A DNA stretch of 64,000 bases from Octopus bimaculoides (GCF_001194135.2 NC_068981.1:51306179-51370178), one strand, 5' to 3'. Positions 39,558-52,189 are shown, counted from the first letter of the stretch. A program made the numbers and translations. The notes: generated by a model from the sequence alone, not told the origin.

Positions 39558-40727
39558 GCTGCTAAAACTACTACTGTTTGAATCTGCAACACTATTGTGC
39601 GACATTTATTGCTAAGATAACTTTCACAGATACAAAAGAAAAAGCAGTAGACACACGTACACAAACTGAGAAACACACGCACATATCTAATACCTAATAG
39701 ATGTTTATAAATATTGTCATACACGTAAAGACGAACGACACTCCTCCCCCCCCCCACACACACACACTTACGTATAGCGTATATTTAACAAGAATCTGCA
39801 GTTTTATTGCACCGTGTGTTATTGAGACGAAGGTCATATTATTTTGTCTGACACTATTTATACTCTCAATCCACGGCCCTACATTATAAAATATGCAATC
39901 AAATAGATGTACAACAAATGAAATTCTTTTTGCCTACACACTGAGAATCAATAAGTATCGGGGCGGGGGGGGGGAACAGTGGTAATATTCTGATAGATCC
40001 GTTTATTTTATTTCAAATCCTGTCTGGACAGATATTTCCTTTCATCTACCGAGTTTCGATAAAAGAAATAAGATTGAAGTATTGAGACTGATTCAGTTGA
40101 ATATTCACCGTTGCAAAAGTTTCAGGTTTATAATTTTATTAATAATCATAATTAATTAGTATTTCTTTAGATTTCGGACATCAGCTTACATACAACAATG
40201 TGTCGGGAAAAAGTGACAGAAAGATTTTAGATTTAGGACTAAATCTGCTTGAACAGTCAGCTTTGCCATAGTATAGCGTGCCAAAATTTTATTCGAGATG
40301 GATATCATGAATAACGTGCAGCAGTTCATTTCATGTTAGCTTCATCATACACAAGCAACCATCTTCTGTTGTTTATGTTATTGGACGGCGACAGATTCGA
40401 CGAACAGCTACTCCAAGAAACAAAAAGAACAGTCAGTAGTATCTGAAATTTATGATCTGCTAATAGAAACAATTTTTGGAGCCTTAAGCACATGTGTATG
40501 CCTTATGAAGTCTATTCTGAAATACTGTGCTTGCTTGCTTTATTCTTGATTTAGATGTGCTGTAACTGGCATCATATTTGGATTATTTCCAAATCCTTTA
40601 GCAGAGAGGCGGCAACGTAATTGAAGTAAACTAATTTCAACAAGAAGTGGGAAATGTATTACAAATAAGAACAAGCGTACAAAGCTAGCGAAGAATTGAT
40701 ATGTTCAATGATTATTCGTTATTACCT

Positions 40728-40736
40728 GTAGTAGTG

Positions 40737-40785
<49 letters not shown>
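40728..40785. repeat. (TAG)n microsatellite
   Basis: Direct reading. Confidence 0.95.
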
Positions 40786-42307
40786 AAACAGAAACTGTTT
40801 TATATCACTTTCGACATCTACATTTGTGATGTAGATTAGTAGTTCTAACAGAATCACTAATAGTAGCAGTTTGCAACACTGCCAAATACCAACCTACTAC
40901 ATAGACGAAAGGAAGCATCAGTTATTTGCAACAGCAATTTTCTGGAAGTACCCTAATTCTGTTTAATACATTTAGATTTTTTTCATATAAAAATATATTT
41001 CCTTGTTGAAGTATTTTTTAAATCTTTAAAATGTTCACTATTATATTTATTATTGCTTTTCTTCCAACTATATTTAAATTTTGCAATTCAAGTTTTGAAT
41101 ATAATATTTAATATAAAACTTATATTTATCTCTGAAATGTATTTGACCGCACTCTTTTGGAAGAAAGATAATATAAAATATCATTGATACATTCATTTAT
41201 TTATCATCTCGTCTATTCGAATATACTGGACATTCTTTACCTGTAAATTCTTTCCTAATCTACAATGTTAGTGAATGGTTGAGGAAATAAGGCTGCGGCA
41301 TCCAGCAAGTTGTGTGCCTGCATTGAAACCTTCCGTTGTAGGCTCGAAATAATCTTACTGTTGCCGTGCTGAGTCATATCCGACATAACTGGAGAACCAT
41401 ACTGACAGTCGTTCCACTCGCGACAATTCTGTCTGATATACATGAGTAACTTTATTATTTGCTATAACGTTTATTTGATTGTACGATTTTTGAAAGAATT
41501 TTTGTTGCTACTTTCGGCTGGTTTAGGGATATTTTGTTTGTGTTGTGTGTTTTCCAAACTATGGCATGTTTTTAATGCTTAAAGTGTTAGCAGTTAAATG
41601 TGTGCTATTCGTGTATATATGAAGATTGTACACACAAATGTGAAACATGTAACCTGTAAAATTGTTTAAAAGCGTATTTTCGATTATTTTTTGATTTACA
41701 ATTACTTTTCTCTGCCTAATAATGCATTTCTTTCTGTATACATGACGCAAAGATGATCATATTAAAAATAAAAGTATATTTGAGCTGTACAGAGCGAGAT
41801 CTAAAACAATGATCTTCACATTCACCCTTGACATATCCTGCAGATCGGAACACAAAATATGCTGGTTGCTGGTGTGTACGCCATAGGAGAAAGACTTCTT
41901 CCTTTTGCGATGACAGTGTGTTCATAACACACTCGGGTCATTGACATAAGGGCTTCTGGGGTACTAGTGTTTCGATACGTTGTGGCTCGTCAGACAGGTC
42001 CGGATACTTCTGGCTCACGTGACGTAACTTGTCAAAAACCGGTGTCTCAAAGTAACTTGCGCCAATGAGCGAAGTGTGTTTTGAGTTTTTCCCCGATGGC
42101 GTACTCAATAGCGACAAGCATGTATTGTGTTCATATATATTGTGTTCGAATAAGTATACAAATCATCATTTTCATATGAATCACGGGAAATGTATATTGT
42201 TATAAAAGTCTATTTACAGTTTGTCACTCTGTTGACAGGACGGGTGAGGTTTTGGTTCAATACTGGATTTCGAAATGCTGATGAAATTTTATTATTTATT
42301 TCAATTA

Positions 42308-42482
42308 AGTCATCGAGCAGGTATAATCGTTAGCGATATTTCTTCCAGCCTTACGTTCTGAGTTCAAATCGCGCAGCATGGGGTCGATGAGATAAGTAAC
42401 AGTTGAGCATTGGGATCAATGTAGTCGACTTTTCCCCTCCCCCAAAATGTCACCCTATGTGCCAGTAGTAGAAAGGATTATT
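42308..42482 (+). mobile_element. SINE family A with internal deletions
   Basis: AATCGTTAGC...TTACGTTCTGAGTTCAAATC (B box)...GGGGTCGATGAGATAAGTA.CAGTTGAGCA.TGGGATC.ATGTA.TCGACT...CCCCAAAAT...GTGCC.GTAGTAGAAAGGATTATT. Confidence 0.8.
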
Positions 42483-42622
42483 TAAATTTTTCCGTATTGA
42501 ATCTTCTCTAATTTAATGGGTCGTCCTGCCGTTTTGAAATATCATTCAAAACTGCCTTCTTACATTCCCATTTGAAATTCTCAACACCAGTACAACTACT
42601 TTTTTCTGCGAGTGTATAAACA

Positions 42623-42792
42623 CTGGTGAGCCATTTCAGCGTTGGACAAAATATCGTAAGATATTAATTCAAGATGTTTACGTTCTGACTTCAAATCCCA
42701 CTGAAAAGATATTTGTGTTTTGGTCGTACTGGATCAATAAAATAAAGTATTACTAGTGAACTGAGGGCGATTCACTCGAGTAACCTCTCCTC
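42623..42792 (+). mobile_element. Degenerate SINE family A
   Basis: CTGGTGAG...TTTACGTTCTGACTTCAAATCCC...GGATCAATAAAATAA aligns by eye with other copies. Confidence 0.6.
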
Positions 42793-43894
42793 TTGATAAG
42801 AATCTGAGCATTGGCAAACAACAGACAACTATTTTATTCTGCTTATCCCTCTTTTAACGATTGGCAAGCAAGCAATTAATCTTTAAACATCTGATGATAC
42901 ATTTGAGGATGTTGAATACAAAATCTCTCCGGATGAACTCTCAAGTTGAATTGGATGGGGAGAATGGAGATAAACTTTCTGATTTGAAACGAATTTAATG
43001 GAAAGAAGGTGGAATTTGAAAATTAGATACATACGCAATGCCTATACGTTAAATTTTTTTCTGAATGTTACTCTGACACAAGTGAACGTACACGCGGTGC
43101 AAAGTTATGTGGTCTTAGTATGCCTCACTGTTCCCTAAGTGGTGGTTCCTATTCTGTTAAGAATGTTTTATACATAATGTGGTGGAATATTTTCAATTGT
43201 TAATTTGTTTTATGTCACCCTCTCGTACGTTTATTGTATAGTTGTATCCTAATATATTCTGGACATATTTTGTACAAAATATCTTTTAGTTTTATACAGT
43301 AGGCTCTATTATTACCATCATTTGTGGATTTATACCCCCAAACACTATTGCATTTAGGATTTATCCAGCTTTCAGCCTAGTCAACAGTGAAGACCACCTC
43401 GTTATCTTCTATTGCCCACTGTCTGATAGCAACGACAAAAGAGATGGTATTGTGGACAAGGTTGACAACAAAATGAAAGAAAAACTAAAAGCATAGACTT
43501 TCTCTAAGGACAGACAATCTTCACCTTTTCACCGTTGACTTGAGGACGAAGATAAGTGTAAAGCTGAGGTTTTCTTTTTGTCTGCAGTAAGTTTGTTGCA
43601 TGATGTTATGTGTGGTCGCTATGGTCTCAGAGAATGGGCAAACTTTCAGCATGCAACTGCCATCTGGAACAAACAGCGGTGACAGTGTTCTTGCCCTTGA
43701 GTGTAAGGGGGACCCAGGACAAGTATAAGTCCCCGATTGAGCCCAGGTGGTTTTCCTTCCATTGGAGAATTAAACAGTTCCATTCCCTTTCGTTTAACAT
43801 TCTACTGTTTCTTCAGTTTTCTCACTCTCGGTTCCATATAATACACCACATATATTCCAATGTCTCTTCCTAATGTACACCGTTGACTACATTA

Positions 43895-43895
<1 letters not shown>

Positions 43896-43939
<44 letters not shown>

Positions 43940-43989
43940 GGCGTTTTTGTTGTTATTATCACCACCACCATCATAACCATCACCATCAT

Positions 43990-44067
<78 letters not shown>
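43896..44067. repeat. Compound (TTA)n/(CAC)n/(CAT)n/(TTA)n microsatellite
   Basis: Direct reading. Confidence 0.95.
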
Positions 44068-44068
<1 letters not shown>

Positions 44069-46346
44069 GATAAATTATATGTAATATTAGATTTGCGTAC
44101 AAGTTGATGTTGTAGAAGTTACCGTAAATCTAGTAATATTGTCATTGGAAAACCATTGTATTTCTCACAAGAGAACTGCATAAAATTACATTCGGATCTC
44201 ATTATACTGTCGTGGGAAATATCATCCCGTTTTGTCATTTCCATTATAAACGATCGATCTAACGTGTAACATTTCACATATACCAGTCATGTATAGTGCA
44301 TCATTAAGGAATGGTTAAGCTGTCGAACTTTGAATGCTGCATCTCTAATAGCATTAATAACATCAATGCAACATTCACTGCAAAATGATAAAGAAATACT
44401 TACTTCGAATGTGACACAGAAGAGACTCAGAATTCAGTGATTTAAAGTATGTCAGGCAGTGTTAGAGTTAAGAAGCAGGAAATATGCTTTAGCTCTTGTA
44501 GTGGTAGTAACTATTTGATGATGGTGACGACAATGATGCAGATCATATCTTCCCACCTTCCCATTTCACTGTATTTGGTAGCGATTATAATTACCAGATC
44601 GATTCTTTCTTCATTACAAAAGGTTGATACACTGTCTTAATGGCAATATTTTTATTGATATGGAATATCATGGCAATTACTGATGACGTTCTTTCTTTGT
44701 TGTGATGAGGACATTTCTATGAGGCTATTTTGAAAAAAAATCAGGAAACCTTGCTGTTGCACTAAATTGATACATACAGAGAGTTAAATTAATTTACTAT
44801 CATGACGCATAGCTGAAGTCGCTAATTACAAAAACAATTCCCATTAGAGCCTGTATTACTGCATTTACTCAGTCGGAAAATCTAGAGAATTGGTGTGGTG
44901 AGTGTCAGTTACAATACTATTATGAAAGAGTCTGAGTAAGTGTTCACTGATTTGTTTTAGAAGTAGGAGAGAAATAATCTAACATTTCGGATATGTGTTT
45001 TTCTTCAGAGAATCAGTGTAGAAGGAGTGCTACGACTGTCGAAAATTTGCCGTCTTGTAAAAACAATATCAAGCAGAAGGCAAACTGAAACAATCTTTGA
45101 ATTGCTAAAAAAAAAAAGAACAACCATTATACCATAACAATTACGTGATGCATATCAAAACAGTGACCACAAAATAATTTTAGAATACTTGTCAACTGAG
45201 CAAGTTCAAGGTTTAACCGCTCTATTCATGATGCATTCTATTTGCATTGGTTATATTCATCTCATTGTGGAATCCTGGAGCAGCAGATTATTTATGAGGA
45301 ACCTCTTACTTCTCGCTGTGATCGTTTTAGGATGGTAAGGACCATTTAATGTTGGAAATCGTAATCTCTAAACCGTTATATTTACTTTCCACACGATCAA
45401 TCTTGTTAATATATTACAATTTAGCAGTAACGGACACATTTTGAACAGTTTTCCTGTACCACTGGCGAATGTGTTATCTTTTTCTGTTACTTCTAGTTGA
45501 AAATCAAACAATAAAGGTAATTCAAATAACATCGAGTGATTAATAGTTAAATGGGAAGTCGTAGAATCATTTTAATATGACATAAAAATGTGATGATGAT
45601 ACTGCTTGATAAAAATACTGATCTATAGTAGTGGAAAAGATCAATGATTTAAATGGAAGAGGAGCATTTTAGTTAATTATATACACAAATGGAGCAAGGA
45701 TTTGTTTAAAGCAGTTAGGGTCATCAGAAAAACTGTCCCACTACTTAGGTACACTGTGAGCGATTGCTTTGTAGAATTTACATCTATCTACTACTGATAT
45801 TATACACCAAAAGGAAAATTATCAAGACAAGGAGAAAACTCTAGGTAATCGTTTGATTTGGTATATATAACAGCCAAATATCTGTAAACTCACATTTTAT
45901 AAACGCAAGAGAATCAGAAAACACTCATATACACATATTTTTATGTTTACATACATATCGATTATATTCTATTGTTTCTATTCAAATGTGTTTCATTTGT
46001 CTATTCGTGCACAAAAATATGTGTACTATCTCGGTAGCACATATAGCCGTTTCAGCTACACACATATCTTTATCTATACACTATCTTTATCTCCACGCTA
46101 TCTTTATCTCCAAATATACCAAACAATAACTGTCAGAGAAATAAAAACAATGATTACTTTACACTAGTAGACATCTTTGAAACGAACGAACAAAACAAAT
46201 TAGTTTATTTCTTTATTCGATTTACTGTTTTCTTTTGAAGTCTCGTTGTCTTATCGTTAAGTCCTTCATATTTTGTCCTTAATTCGAAATCCGTATACCA
46301 ATAGTCTAAGCGCAAAAGAAAGTACTACCTCAAACAGTAAAATTTA

Positions 46347-46410
46347 CTTCAATCCATTTCTAAATTTTCCTTCAATCCATTTCTAAATTTTCCTTCAATC
46401 CATTTCTAAA
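46347..46410. repeat. 23-bp tandem repeat, ~2.8 copies (CTTCAATCCATTTCTAAATTTTC)
   Basis: Direct reading. Confidence 0.9.
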
Positions 46411-46637
46411 TATGATTTACACGCATGCATACATACATATATACATATCATACACACACATATATATTCATGGACAGATTCAAAATATAATGCAAAAATG
46501 TAACTCGGAGCTATGATCTTATAGACACAAATACATTATATAGACATAAATACAGGTGAGTTGAGAGGGAAGTGTATTAGTATGAATATATGATATATAT
46601 GTTGTATATGTATATAGACATAGTGTATGCACCAATC

Positions 46638-46691
<54 letters not shown>

Positions 46692-46979
46692 TGTGTAATT
46701 TCAATACTGACCAAATAATTCACGAGAAAATATTTGCAGTTGTTTTCACTGTATTTTGGTGATTTAAATAAAAGTTTTGACTGTTATTTCCAGCAGTTAG
46801 ACATACATAGTATGTCCTTTGATTAATTTTAATCTTTCAGCTNNNNNNNNNNNNNNNNNNNNNNNNNNNNNNNNNNNNNNNNNNNNNNNNNNNNNNNNNN
46901 NNNNNNNNNNNNNNNNNNNNNNNNNNNNNNNNNNNNNNNNNNNNNNNNNNNNNNNNNNNNTATAGTTAAAAATTTACAG

Positions 46980-47130
46980 AAAAACAAAAGACGAAGACAG
47001 GTATACGACAACAAGCAGATGTATTAGTTTGACACTCGGGAAAATGAAAATGTCTTTTACATTTCGCCCCTACGCTTTTCAACAGAAAGGTATAAGAGAA
47101 AATAAACCAAGAGAGAATGACGAACACGTG
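46980..47130 (-). repeat. Dispersed repeat resembling a Penelope terminal (pLTR-like) sequence
   Basis: AAAACAAAAGACGAAGACAGGT...ACAACAAGCAGATGTATTAGTTT; a short similar piece is at ~1021-1053 (AAAACAACAGACGAGGACAGGTGGTGTAAACAACA). The Penelope link is inferred from a hammerhead-like core at 47052-47090. Confidence 0.45.
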
Positions 47131-47265
47131 TAGATGTATTGGTCAGGAATGATGAATGATTAGAAAAAAAAGTTTGAAAAAGAGGTCGAAAGAAAGGGAG
47201 ATAATGTAGTGCCGGAAATCCCAAATGAAGGTGCGTGTGTGTGTATGTGAGAATGATGTGTCTGA

Positions 47266-47332
<67 letters not shown>

Positions 47333-47335
<3 letters not shown>

Positions 47336-48023
47336 AGGGGCTAGTGACTCTCTCGTGTGTGAGTGTGCGCGTGTATGTGTTTCTGCAACGTGTGGCTGCT
47401 TATATAGTGATATGTGTGGTGACACTATTGAATATTGTTTGTGGATGATGGTGTGTTTGTGGGTGCTGGGAAATGGTCATTGCTAGCGTCTGTGGAATGG
47501 TGTGGGGTGATGCGGTGTGGTGGTGTGGTCTGGTGTTGTGGGGTGTTTATATCAATGAAGTGAGAAGTTAGTTAGCAGTGAATACAGGAAGTAGGTTCAG
47601 ATGAAGAGAGGAGAGGAATCAGATTAAGAGAGAAGAGGAGTTAAGCCCAACTGTGCAAAGGAGAGAAGAGAATGGGTGGGGTCAGGGGAACGAGCCAGAC
47701 TGGGAGGTGGGCGCCAGACTCGGCAATGACAACCCGGTCTCGCGCGATTTCTTCTGTACCGGTCATTCACTAAAACATCTGTCTGTATTCAGACTGTCTT
47801 TGCACAGGGGTCATCCATCGCCGTGAACATGAATTAATCTCCGCTCTTCATCTGGCACCAAATGCCTCTCTTCACTCCTACCTAATTCCTTTCTTCATTG
47901 ATACCACCACCCCCATCCCACACCCCCACACCAACACCCCCACATCAACACTTCAATAACGTCACAAACGCACATACTTACATACGCGCATACACATACA
48001 CGTCAGAGTCACTAGCCCCTATT
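47333..48023. repeat. ~690-bp diverged foldback with perfect 19-bp terminal inverted repeat
   Basis: AATAGGGGCTAGTGACTCT (47333-47351) is the exact reverse complement of AGAGTCACTAGCCCCTATT (48005-48023). Inner paired anchors are ATCAATGAAG/CTTCATTGAT, CAGATGAAGAG/CTCTTCATCTG and CTGTGCAAAG/CTTTGCACAG. Confidence 0.88.
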
Positions 48024-48509
48024 ACCACACACATGGATTGAAAAAATGACGAACAAACTCAATAATATTCAACCCAGATTGGGGTCTCATCCAAAGTGTT
48101 TAAATTGCATAATCAATCACAGAGAAACAAATAAACTATTCGTTTATAAACGCATCAAATCTGGTGGCGTCGGAGAACTGGACCAACTAATTTGCATACT
48201 ATAAGTAACTCTATATTTATTTAGTATTAGAATATTCTGTCACTGATAAATTTTATAAAATATCCGAAATAGGACTACAGCGTAATAGAAAGAACATACT
48301 ACGTTTTAAATGATACTGAGGAAACAAGTATCCACAAGAACAAATAAAACTAACAAACCGTTGAAAAATAAACAGTACTGAACTGAAAATGGGATTACAA
48401 GACTATACATAAGACACCGACAATAGAAATTACTACGTGGTTACAACTGAAAAAGTAAGACGAGCATAAGGAAAATAATTCAAAACATGAAGTGAAGCAC
48501 AGTCTCTGA

Positions 48510-48830
48510 CCAGTGATTGAAAGGTTTTGTATCACAAGCAAAGTTTTCCCTCAAAACTACCGAAATCATAAAACAAATCAGAATGCTAAAAATAGCTGCA
48601 GAATTTGTGAAGATTTTGAAGAGACAATCAATCATATTTTTGGTTTCCCAACTTTAGTAAACAAACCAAACAGATATATAGGTAGGGTAGGCAATGTGCT
48701 TTCATGTATTGGACTTTCTGCTACAAACTAATGAGATGTTATAAACATACAGCAGAAAAGCACTTAAAGAATGACAAATTGGCCGTATTCTGCGATATGT
48801 CCATTTATAAAACGTCTGCTGTATTAATTA
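48510..48830 (+). mobile_element. Old R4/Dong-clade remnant (zinc-knuckle/RLE region)
   Basis: YRNH...SCRICEDFEETINHI..FPTL, then YKHTAEKHLKND...DMSI; a CCHC-knuckle-type segment homologous to the better copies at 50500 and 52100. Confidence 0.65.
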
Positions 48831-49110
48831 CAACGGCCAACAACGCAAATCGAAAATACAAACGAATCTAAATGTAAATATTGAGAAATGCAGAAAAACT
48901 GAATTTGGAAATTGGAAACAAGAGTCTCCGCAATAATGGAAAGTTTGGGAATGATTTAAGAAGCTGCAGACAAATTCGTAACGAATGACTGAGAGGACGT
49001 TGAATAAAAAATTGTAATTGTGAAATACAATGAAACGAAAAGCTACACTGATACACGGCGGGCAGATATGCTGTCGTGCAGTGCATTAATAATGTTGATG
49101 GTGATAATGA

Positions 49111-49230
49111 TTTAAAACTTTGCCACAAGGACAGCATGTTTGGGGAGGGGCTAAGTCGATTATATCGACCCCAGTACTCAACTGGGTTCGATTTAATTTC
49201 ATCGACCCCGAAAGGAAGAAAGAGTTCAAG
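49111..49230 (-). mobile_element. SINE family A, 3' part
   Basis: CACAAGG.CAGCA...GGGGAGGGG.TAAGTCGATTA.ATCGACCCCAGT..TCAACTGG...ATCGACCCCGAAAGGA matches the copies at 52243 and 60722. Confidence 0.75.
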
Positions 49231-49289
49231 GTTACCGGATCAAAAGTATTGGTGAATGTCATGCATGAATAGTTGCACGAATCCACACT

Positions 49290-51206
49290 TTGTTCAATGC
49301 CGACCAAGTAACACCAGAATGGTTGACAATGGGTAGGACAGCGTTGTGCTTGAAAGACATGAAAAAATTCAATACGGTAGACAATTACAGGCCGATATCC
49401 TGCTTGCTACTTATGTGGAATTTATTGACTGGAATAGTCGCAGAGTCAATGTACGGACATCTGGAAGAAAATGGAGCCCTACTACATGAGCAGAAAGGTT
49501 GCAAGCGTAAGCGCAGAAGTCCGAGGATCAAAACCTGATGGATAAAACTGTACTTACAGACTGCAAGAGGGGGATAACTAACTTAGCCATGTCATAGATC
49601 GATTATCGTAAGGCATACAATATGATTCCACATTCTTGGATTATGGAATATATGAACCTATTTGGTAATGCATCGAATTTTGAGCGATTGCTTGGAAAAA
49701 GTATGGTGAATTGGAGGCCGGAACTGACATTGTATGGAAAACGTTTAAGGACAATAGAAATCAGGAGAGGCATATTCCAAGCAGACTGCCTGTCCCCACT
49801 GGTCTTTGTACCATGCATGATACCACTAACACTGATTCTGAGGAAAGCAAAAAGCGCCAACAAAATGTCAGCCATTTGTTATTCATGGATGACCTCAAAC
49901 TTTATGGTAAAGATGAAGCTCAAGTCATTTCCCGAGTTGATACGATGTATACCTTCAGTGCTGATAACAGAATGGAGCTCTGACAGAAAAAGTGTGGTGT
50001 GTTAGTCTTGAATTACGGAAACATCAAATGTATGGACAGGCTAGCGAGATTGTCGGGGGAGGTTAAGAAGTAGATAGAAGAGACGGGCTATAAGTACTTG
50101 GGGATATTGGAAATGGATAAATTGATGGAGAAAGAAATGACAGAAAGTTTAAGGTGGAGTACTTGCGCAGACTGATACAGATCCTTAAGTCGAAATTAAA
50201 CGGATAGAATACGATTGAAGCTATCAAAACCTGTACGGTTTCACTCCTTAGATATGGAGCAGAGGTTGATCACATGGGCAGTGGTCGAAATAAACAGCAT
50301 AGACAGAAAGACAAGGAAGTTGCTGACTAGATATGAGATACTCCACCCAGAAGGAATGAAACTGAAAATAGGAGGATAATGAAAAGAATGCATGGACAAT
50401 TTCATAGAGATTTTGAAGATTAGATCATTTCAAAGTGATTTAAAACCAGAAACAGAGAAGACTCTAATCCATGCTGCCCAAGAGCAAGCATTAAGAACCA
50501 ATTACATTAATTACATAATAGACAACACATCAGAAAGTGACAAAAGCAGAATTTGTGGACAAAACGGTGAAACCGAATGGCATATTATCAGTCAATGTAT
50601 GCCACTAGCCTAGAAAGAATATAAAAGACGTCATGACAACATAGCAAGGATTGTCCATTGAACACTTTGCAACAAGTATGGACTTGACAGAGCGAAATGT
50701 GGTACGAACATAAACTCGAATATATCATTGAAAATGATAATGCAAAGGTCCTATAGGATTTATGATTCAGTGCGACCATGAGATAGAGAATAGGAAACCA
50801 GATATAATGTTAATTGAGAAAGAAAGCACACGATGCTGGATCATAGATATGCCCAACTGACAACAAAATATGCGATAAGGAAGAAAGAGTGTTTTGATAG
50901 ATATGACAGGTTTGCATGCGAGGTTAAGCAGTTGTGGTCGCTGAAAAAGTTTGTAGTATAACCATTAACTGTCAGAGACCTGGGCACAGTGAGTAAAAAG
51001 CTTGAGAAGTATATGGAATAAACAGGTGCTGCAAGAAGAGTGGAGCACTTGCAGAAAACCGCACTGTTGGAACCATTCGAATTCTCCGGATGGTGCTCGA
51101 AAAATAAAGAGTGTTTCCTTAGTTCACTGGTGGTGAACAGCTGACACTGTAGTACATTTCCAGCTTCTAATGCCGTAATGCATCTCCAGCATTAGAAGCT
51201 GTGTAA
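49290..51206 (+). mobile_element. R4/Dong-clade LINE 2, 5'-truncated, RT plus RLE domain, 3' UTR and (TAA)n tail
   Basis: PEWLTMGRT.L..KD...NYRPISCL..MWNLLTGI, EQKGC, MIPHSWI, GIFQADCLSPL.FV.CMIPL, HLLFMDDLKLYGK, YKYLGILE, LIHAAQEQALRTNYI, (S)RICGQNGETEWHIISQC, RHDN, NRKPDI..IEKE, QKTAL...RILR.VLEK* (stop 51105-51107). Frameshifted. Confidence 0.95.
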
Positions 51207-51230
51207 AATAATAATAATAATAATAATAAT

Positions 51231-51323
<93 letters not shown>
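51207..51323. repeat. Compound (TAA)n(CAT)n(TAT)n tract between two convergent LINE 3' ends
   Basis: Direct reading. Confidence 0.95.
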
Positions 51324-51324
<1 letters not shown>

Positions 51325-52188
51325 TCATGTTTGACTTTTGCTTTGCATTTGTACAAGTTGGATCCAAGTCTCACCCAGACACCTCAAGAGACAACAAGTT
51401 AGAAGTTCATGTAGGTGTTATGCCTAGGGTACCATATATTTCGATTTGTACATAGTGTTGTTCTAGAGAATGTTTAAGAAACCATAAGAAAATTATGTGT
51501 TTGTNNNNNNNNNNNNNNNNNNNNNNNNNNNNNNNNNNNNNNNNNNNNNNNNNNNNNNNNNNNNNNNNNNNNNNNNNNNNNNNNNNNNNNNNNNNNNNNN
51601 NNNNNNNNNNNNNNNNNNNNNNNNNNNNNNNNNNNNNNNNNNNNNNNNNNNNNNNNNNNNNNNNNNNNNNNNNNNNNNNNNNNNNNNNNNNNNNNNNNNN
51701 NNNNNNNNNNNNNNNNNNNNNNNNNNNNNNNNNNNNNNNNNNNNNNNNNNNNNNNNNNNNNNNNNNNNNNNNNNNNNNNNNNNNNNNNNNNNNNNNNNNN
51801 NNNNNNNNNNNNNNNNNNNNNNNNNNNNNNNNNNNNNNNNNNNNNNNNNNNNNNNNNNNNNNNNNNNTCTGAAGTCTTTCAGTATGATGTCTGGCCTATT
51901 TGCATCTATCTTTCTGTCAGTTTGAATGGTGAAGTTCCAGAGGAGGGCGATGTGATCATTTTCAAGTACTGGGGGTGGTTTGTGTTCCCACCAGTTTTTA
52001 TCATGGGGCAAGTCCAGGTTTTTGCATATTACCCAGTGAATATATTGTGCAGCTCTATCATGCCTGTTCAGATACTCTGTAGGCACAAGTAGACTGCACA
52101 TGGAGACAACATGATCGATGGTCTCATTTTGTTGTTGGCATATACGACATAATGGGGAGCTGCCGTTTTTTAATATGTTGGCCTGGTA

Positions 52189-52189
<1 letters not shown>
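51324..52189 (-). mobile_element. R4/Dong-clade LINE 3, short 5'-truncated copy (CCHC knuckle plus RLE; partly in an assembly gap)
   Basis: Uninterrupted minus-strand frame NYQANILKNGSSPLCRICQQQNETIDHVVSMC...RHDRAAQYIHW.ICK...WWEHKPPPVLEND...LLWNFTIQTDRKIDANRPDIILKD, i.e. C-x2-C-x8-H-x4-C followed by the RPD motif. (TAA)n repeats flank both ends. Confidence 0.93.

Noticed and set aside
43330-43800. Higher-complexity segment with a YCPLSDS motif
   Set aside because: Might be LINE endonuclease debris (YAPT-like), but a single motif is insufficient.
46347-46410. 23-bp direct repeats as a possible CRISPR-like array
   Set aside because: Head-to-tail tandem copies with no spacers, in a eukaryotic context.
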